In this document: piece after piece, positions 59,201-64,000 of the stretch
Position numbering within the stretch: position 1 is the stretch's first letter
Layout: every line of letters begins with the position of its first letter
From: Klebsormidium nitens
Taxonomy: Eukaryota > Plantae > Klebsormidiophyceae
Length of the DNA: 64,000 bases
NCBI GenBank assembly: GCA_000708835.1
Contig: DF237450.1
Span: 3,332-67,331 of the forward strand
Direction: 5' to 3'
Made by a program: the position numbers and the translations under genes
Notes under the pieces: model-generated
Told to the model about the DNA's origin: nothing
The model's database searches: none
The model's input: only the letters and a program-made list of their open reading frames with translations

Positions 59201-60125
59201 TCATGTTGTGGAAGTCATTGACACCTCGGCCCGGTGGAGCGGCCGCATCACAGTACAACAAAACCAAGGAAGAGACGAGTGCTGTCTTGACAGACCGCCT
59301 GTTCTACCCGCAATCAGTAGCTTTCCTTACAGAATGGACCGCCCATTCTGCCCGCAGTCTAAGTATCCTCTTTTGTTGCTTCAGGACAACGGTAGAACAG
59401 ACCGCAAGTTCTGCCCGCAATCAGTGACTCTTTTCTCTTTTGCTTCAGGACAACGATCTGACGGAGTTCGACGAGTCCCGGGAGGTGGTCCAGAGTCTCA
59501 TCGACGAGTACAAGGCGTGCGAAACGGCGGACTACATCAAATGGGGCATGGAGGTGAGGATGCGCCCCTTCGAGTACTCTGATGACGTCACGAATGGGAT
59601 TGTAAATCGAGAGTACTTGGATCTGTCACTTCGCACGGATCTGTTAAGCATTTAGGGGCGGCCTTTCGGCCGTGGGCCGTAATCATAAGTCCGAAATGGA
59701 ATGCCTCCTGAGAGTTATAAAACTTCAAAGGTTTGGATCGAAGTGCTATACTGGGTGTGTTCAAGGGGACAGCTGCGCTTTCAGACGCGTCTGTATGCGT
59801 GCGCTAAAAAGCGGTCCAAGCGCACAAGGTCCCGCCAGAGCTTCTGTTCTGACTGCCGAGTTGTCGCCGTTGATTGCGGATCACGCACTGCTTGAGCAAT
59901 TTGGCGAATGACATGATAACAAGAATGCAATGCTGTTCGGATTCACCCTTTCGCAGGCCCGCAAATTGTTTAAGGAAAATAAAGTTCGTGCGAGGCCTAC
60001 ACATTATTGCCCACGTGTGCTTTCTTGTACCTCACCCACCATCATCTTGTTTTCAGGACCGAGGAAAGAGCATGACTGATCAGGGGAATGCGTCAGGCAC
60101 TATCGATTCGAGAGTCCCGCCTTAG
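53240..60125 (+). CDS. TUBG: Gamma-tubulin, 13 exons, 474 aa
   Basis: Exons 53240-53368, 53660-53860, 54327-54438, 54965-55165, 55487-55559, 56095-56221, 56700-56753, 57266-57370, 57698-57772, 58208-58252, 58646-58774, 59449-59553, 60057-60125 (1425 nt). Motifs [60 protein letters not shown]. Intron 1 donor is GC. Confidence 0.97.
54803..55025. repeat. Echo of gamma-tubulin exon 4 acceptor plus ~62 nt of exon
   Basis: aag|gtatgggctcatagctcctggaggcgctgaacgaccgctacggcaagaagctgctccaaac (54803) versus cag|gcatgggctcgtacctcctggaggcgctgaacgaccgctacggcaagaagctggtccagac (54962). Confidence 0.92.
58680..58920. repeat. Degenerate echo of gamma-tubulin exon 11 end plus donor
   Basis: aagaaagaggcgttcatcgacaa...gca|gtaagt (~58869-58920) versus aagaagcaggcgttcctcgacaa...gcc|gtgagt (58728-58780). 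Confidence 0.65.
59290..59460. repeat. Tandem ~65-bp copies spanning the gamma-tubulin exon 12 acceptor
   Basis: gaccgc..ttct.cccgca.tc recurs three times. tgcttcag|gacaacg occurs at ~59377 (echo) and 59441 (real). Confidence 0.8.
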
Positions 60126-60775
60126 TACAACCGCTCAAGCACTGCTGTCAGTCGTTGTTATCGCCGCACAGCAACGCACACATTGCTTACAGTCTTGGCG
60201 GCCACACAACGAACGTTGTTGTACAGAGCAAAAGGTCGCCAAATCCGCAGCCGATTCCTGGGTTTGTGACACCACACATTGGATGGCTGAAGCGAATTGT
60301 GTTGGATGGCTGAAGCGAATGGTGACGTTGCTGCATCATACTTTCTGCGGATAGTGGTGTACATACGAATTGACCTTCCTTTCAATTCCCGAGTGAATCT
60401 GGGGCGTTAATTAGGTCCCATACTCTCTCAACCGCTTGGCCTCAGAAGTATGTATGAGCCCTTGAGGAAAAGAGCCTCTCCCTTTCAAGTCCTATATTAT
60501 CATGACAGCCGTGGTGGCCTTTACCTGCATTGGACTTGGTCAGCGACTGCGCATGCGCATGCGCAATCACGGCCTGGCCGCATGCAGCGAACGCAGAATC
60601 AAATGCATATGCATGGGCCCAAAATTGGTCATGCTAGCTGTAGCTTGGGCACCGGCCGTGGTGCTGCATGGTTCTACGTGTACCAGCTTGCATGACATAA
60701 GGACTGCGCATATGTGGCTACTTCACCTCGAGGGACGATTGTCTGACAGGCGGCAGCTGCCGTGCGATAGCATGC

Positions 60776-60825
60776 CATGTTTGCAGACAGACAGACATGT
60801 TTGCAGACAGACATGTTTGCAGACA
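60776..60825. repeat. Short tandem repeat CATGTTTGCAGACA(GA)n x3
   Basis: catgtttgcagacagacaga catgtttgcagacaga catgtttgcagaca. Confidence 0.85.
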
Positions 60826-61603
60826 ATGACTGTTTCGATATCATTGTTCAAGTATAGGAGTGTCTGATTTCAATCACAGGGGTTAATGAGTGTGACCGCG
60901 GCGGCCATGTATGTACACAGTGACCTTAGATCGCGACTCCCTTGCACTTGAATATGCAGACGTGACGCGCGGACAAATGAGCTAGGTTGGCCCAAGCTAG
61001 CATTGCACAATTTTGATCCGCATTATCGGACCACGCGCATATGCGACAGACTCCGCGTCACTGATTTGTCTTTTGATGTATAAGGGACAAGAAGCTTTTT
61101 ATCACAAGCTTGTGAGTACTGGTAACTCACAAGTATACTGTACAGTTCCTCGCCAAGCTTGCATCCGACCTTTTCACGCGAATAACTTGAATGATCATAG
61201 CCTGCCTGCCTAGGTACCAGTGACTCTGTCAGTGTAGCTAAGTATTGAGGCATCGACTCGCGCATTGATTTAACAGTGCTTGAAATTCCGGTATACATTG
61301 AATCGAACCTGCAGCAGGCATAGAAGCCAGCAAAAGCTTGCCGCTGGCGGCACAGCTAGAAGCATGTTCTGTCAAGGCGAACCTTGACAAACCCTCATCA
61401 CCACAATGTCCTTCCAGAATACATTTTACCTCCTCAGCAAGATACCTGTGTTTACAGTTGATGTAGCTCTGGACTAGTATGTTTAGATCACAATCATTGT
61501 ACAATCCTGTTTCTAGCACGAGACAGGATCCTGTCAAAACAACTCCTCTTGAGTAGCATCTACTCTAGGCAAACAATTGCAGTCTAATTCTAGGTATGTC
61601 TTC

Positions 61604-63192
61604 TTACAACGCAGCCCCCACGACGATCATGGAAAGAGTAGCAACACCCAAGACTGACATCTTCAACGTGGCCGCACTGCCGGGAGGAGGAGGCGGGGAT
61701 GGAGGGGACAACGCCTTCGCCGTACTTATGCACACAGGGCTGGCACAGAACTCTGTGAGGCTGCCACTGACGTCAGGGTTGTTGCTACCTTCACCAGCAT
61801 CACTGGGAGACGGGGCTGCAGCGGGGGAGGCTTCCGGGTCCGCAATGTTGTCAATGACTGCGGTGATGCAGGTGTCAACTCGCGCGGCCGCTGCTGCACA
61901 TCTGGTGTTGTTGCACATTGGCAGGACCAGGGCGGGGTTGATGCCATCGATAAAGGAGTCTTTGGTGAGCGTGTTGTAGCATGCTGCGTAGGGACTAGTA
62001 GGCGCCGGAGCAGGAGCACCAAGTGGAGAACCAGAAGGAGTGTCCTCGCTGAGGAAGGCTTCCTGTAGCCTTGCTGTGACGTTGAGAGCCACAAAGAGGG
62101 GCGTCATGGAAGGGCAGGCGGTGGGAACAGAGGCGTTGCCCACGCAGTAGTTGATCTGGGTAATAACCCCATCTGCAAGCACAGACATGGATCATAAGGA
62201 TCTGGATGTGTCCTGCCATTCGGCATATCTGTGTTGCAGAGATGAAGACAAGTGCGAGAAGATGTTATTCATACAAGGTTGTTTGTGAACAGGCATTTCA
62301 GATGGCAGGTCTCCAAAGAAAGTAGAGTCAAGGTGCACATAGAACCTGCCAACGAATCACAGCGTACCGAAAGAATCTATTGAAGCTTCGAAAGCAGGAG
62401 CTGACTTTTTCAGATGTAGTGTATGATGGATGAACTGCAGGTTGTACTTGAGATGAGATGCAATCTCAAGTGCTCATCATCCATCTTAACTGTTACGTTG
62501 TAGGAAGAAACACAAAGACGCACAGAAAGTGTGTGCTTACTCCTCAGTCTCATTGGGAGCATCATTTGCTGCATCACAGCTATCCATGCTGACTTTTATG
62601 TATGTTAGTCCCATGGAATTGTCATATTCATCTGCAGGGTTCCAATTGAGGTACAGCTGAAGAAAGAGAGATTGAATATGGGACTTACTGAGGATCTGCA
62701 AAAGTTGCTGTTGAACCGCTGCTTCTGTTGGTGCTGCAGAGAAGGAGATCCCTTGTCAGAATTCTCAATCGAGGCCATTGCGTCACATCAGGCAAGCAGG
62801 AAAAGTATAGCAATGTAATGTCTGTCAAAAGAACCTCATGTTGTTCTGCCCACTTTGAGCTTTCCAACTCCTTTCATTGCCATCCGCTTTTCAGCGGCGG
62901 TAGCAGAAAAGCGACTGGCAGGGTACCTCCATTACATGGTGTGTCTTAGAGCTGAATGTTGGTCCTGGAAAAAGGAGCCTCAATCCTCTGCAAATGGAAA
63001 GCAGGAATTTCCTTGAGACTCGAACTTGAAGACGGAAATGACAGACACTCGAGAAGCTCTATCCAAAGATGCAACGCAGCATCTGCGAATGAGAAGCAAC
63101 ATGAACTCACATAGCGCCTGAGCGTTCGATGGTGCCACCAAACTTCCAGCAAGGATGACAGCCACAGCAAGAGCGACGATAGAGCGCGCCAT
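61604..63192 (-). CDS. Secreted, probably GPI-anchored, 8-Cys Pro/Ala/Ser-rich (chimeric AGP-like) cell-surface protein, 3 exons, 231 aa
   Basis: Exons 63192-63111, 62733-62689, 62172-61604, phase-compatible. Signal peptide MARSIVALAVAVILAGSLVAPSNA, 8 Cys, APAPAP/ASPAAAPSPS/SPPSPPPPP segments, and a hydrophobic C-terminal tail (GSAATLKMSVLGVATLSMIVVGAAL). Confidence 0.8.
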
Positions 63193-64000
63193 GTTGCTCG
63201 AACAGCAATGCAGATCCTAGCTCAATGGAGCAGGAAGCCGCCAGACAAGGATCACTCTCGGATCACTGGATATTGGCAATCTCAGCAATGAAAGCAGAGT
63301 GACTTGACCTCTCGAGCTTAGTGTCGCAGTTTCTGAGCTGAGCTGCGGTGGTTCTGCTGCGACTTCAATGTGTAGTGGATGGACATCGCATTCAATGTGG
63401 TTGGTACCGCGGTATACCGTACTCCTCTCTATCAGTTGATGGGGACTCTCCCGGGTATTGCCATAAAGAAACATCTCGCGCGTTTTCCCGCCTCATGCCT
63501 ATGGAAGTTAGATGAGACGGTATACCTATAGTACCTAGCACTCTGCAACGCAGCTCAGTCGATCAATTTTGCGCGAGGATTGTAACGGTCTTGACAGGTA
63601 CCTGTAACCTCCTGAAGGTACCCTAGGCAGGATGCCAAATGAGGCTAGGACATTGGCACCTACCTACAGGCTACTGAGCACTGCTGCATTGCTCAAGAAG
63701 GGGTCACTACAGCCTGGTACGAACATGCCAGCAAACTCAGCATGCTGTGCAATCAGGTGACTGCTCTAGCTTGCACCAGCTTTCGCCGTCGGCGGTTTGA
63801 GTTACCACGCGCGTAACCACGACTGCTGCCATCGAACGATCAAGGTTTCTTGTGAGTATTTATCGACGGATTGGAGGGCTTAGCTAACACGTGGCCGTAC
63901 CCGTTTCCCCTTCATTTCGGAGTGCCGTCGATCTGCATGAGTCGAGTTTCAAAATTCGACTCGCCACGTAGACCGTACGGCCCATGTACGGGTAGAAACT

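Noticed and set aside
5614-59460. Echo arrays as introner-like elements or fresh intron gains by AGGT duplication
   Set aside because: Units share no sequence between loci. Each intron has a unique non-echo portion, and the copies include intronic flank, so they are duplications of existing junctions rather than new introns.
61604-62172. GPI protein as an nsLTP/xylogen
   Set aside because: It has eight Cys but no CC or CxC, so it does not fit the nsLTP motif.
1-64000. tRNA, rRNA, snRNA genes or a prokaryotic operon/defence system
   Set aside because: No cloverleaf or rRNA-conserved segments were recognised by eye, and all identifiable genes have eukaryotic structure. A tRNAscan/Rfam run would be needed to exclude small RNAs fully.

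Overview
Eukaryotic, intron-rich genomic DNA. The land-plant-like gamma-tubulin, VPE and clathrin light chain sequences plus the intron style point to a streptophyte green alga, most consistent with a Klebsormidium-like genome (inference). I rebuilt the spliced genes by hand, and every model below is phase-consistent across all its junctions. In order: the 3' end of a membrane-protein gene (+); a secreted PhoD-type alkaline phosphatase (13 exons, +); an intronless F-box/LRR-like gene (-); an intronless, probably plastid-targeted Cys-motif protein (+); a 1558-aa coiled-coil protein with a PACT/CCDC171-like motif (15 exons, -); clathrin light chain (+); plastid RbfA (-); vacuolar processing enzyme/legumain (9 exons, +); gamma-tubulin (13 exons, +, first intron GC-AG); and a GPI-anchored 8-Cys AGP-like protein (-). 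No rRNA, tRNA, CRISPR array or recognisable transposase/RT was found. The most striking unexplained structure is a recurrent class of 'splice-junction echo' repeats. At about 16 junctions in 5 genes, the unit [intron flank + splice site + exon edge] is tandemly duplicated 1-5 times into the intron. Several arrays show a divergence gradient away from the functional exon, and many copies keep intact decoy AG/GT sites.
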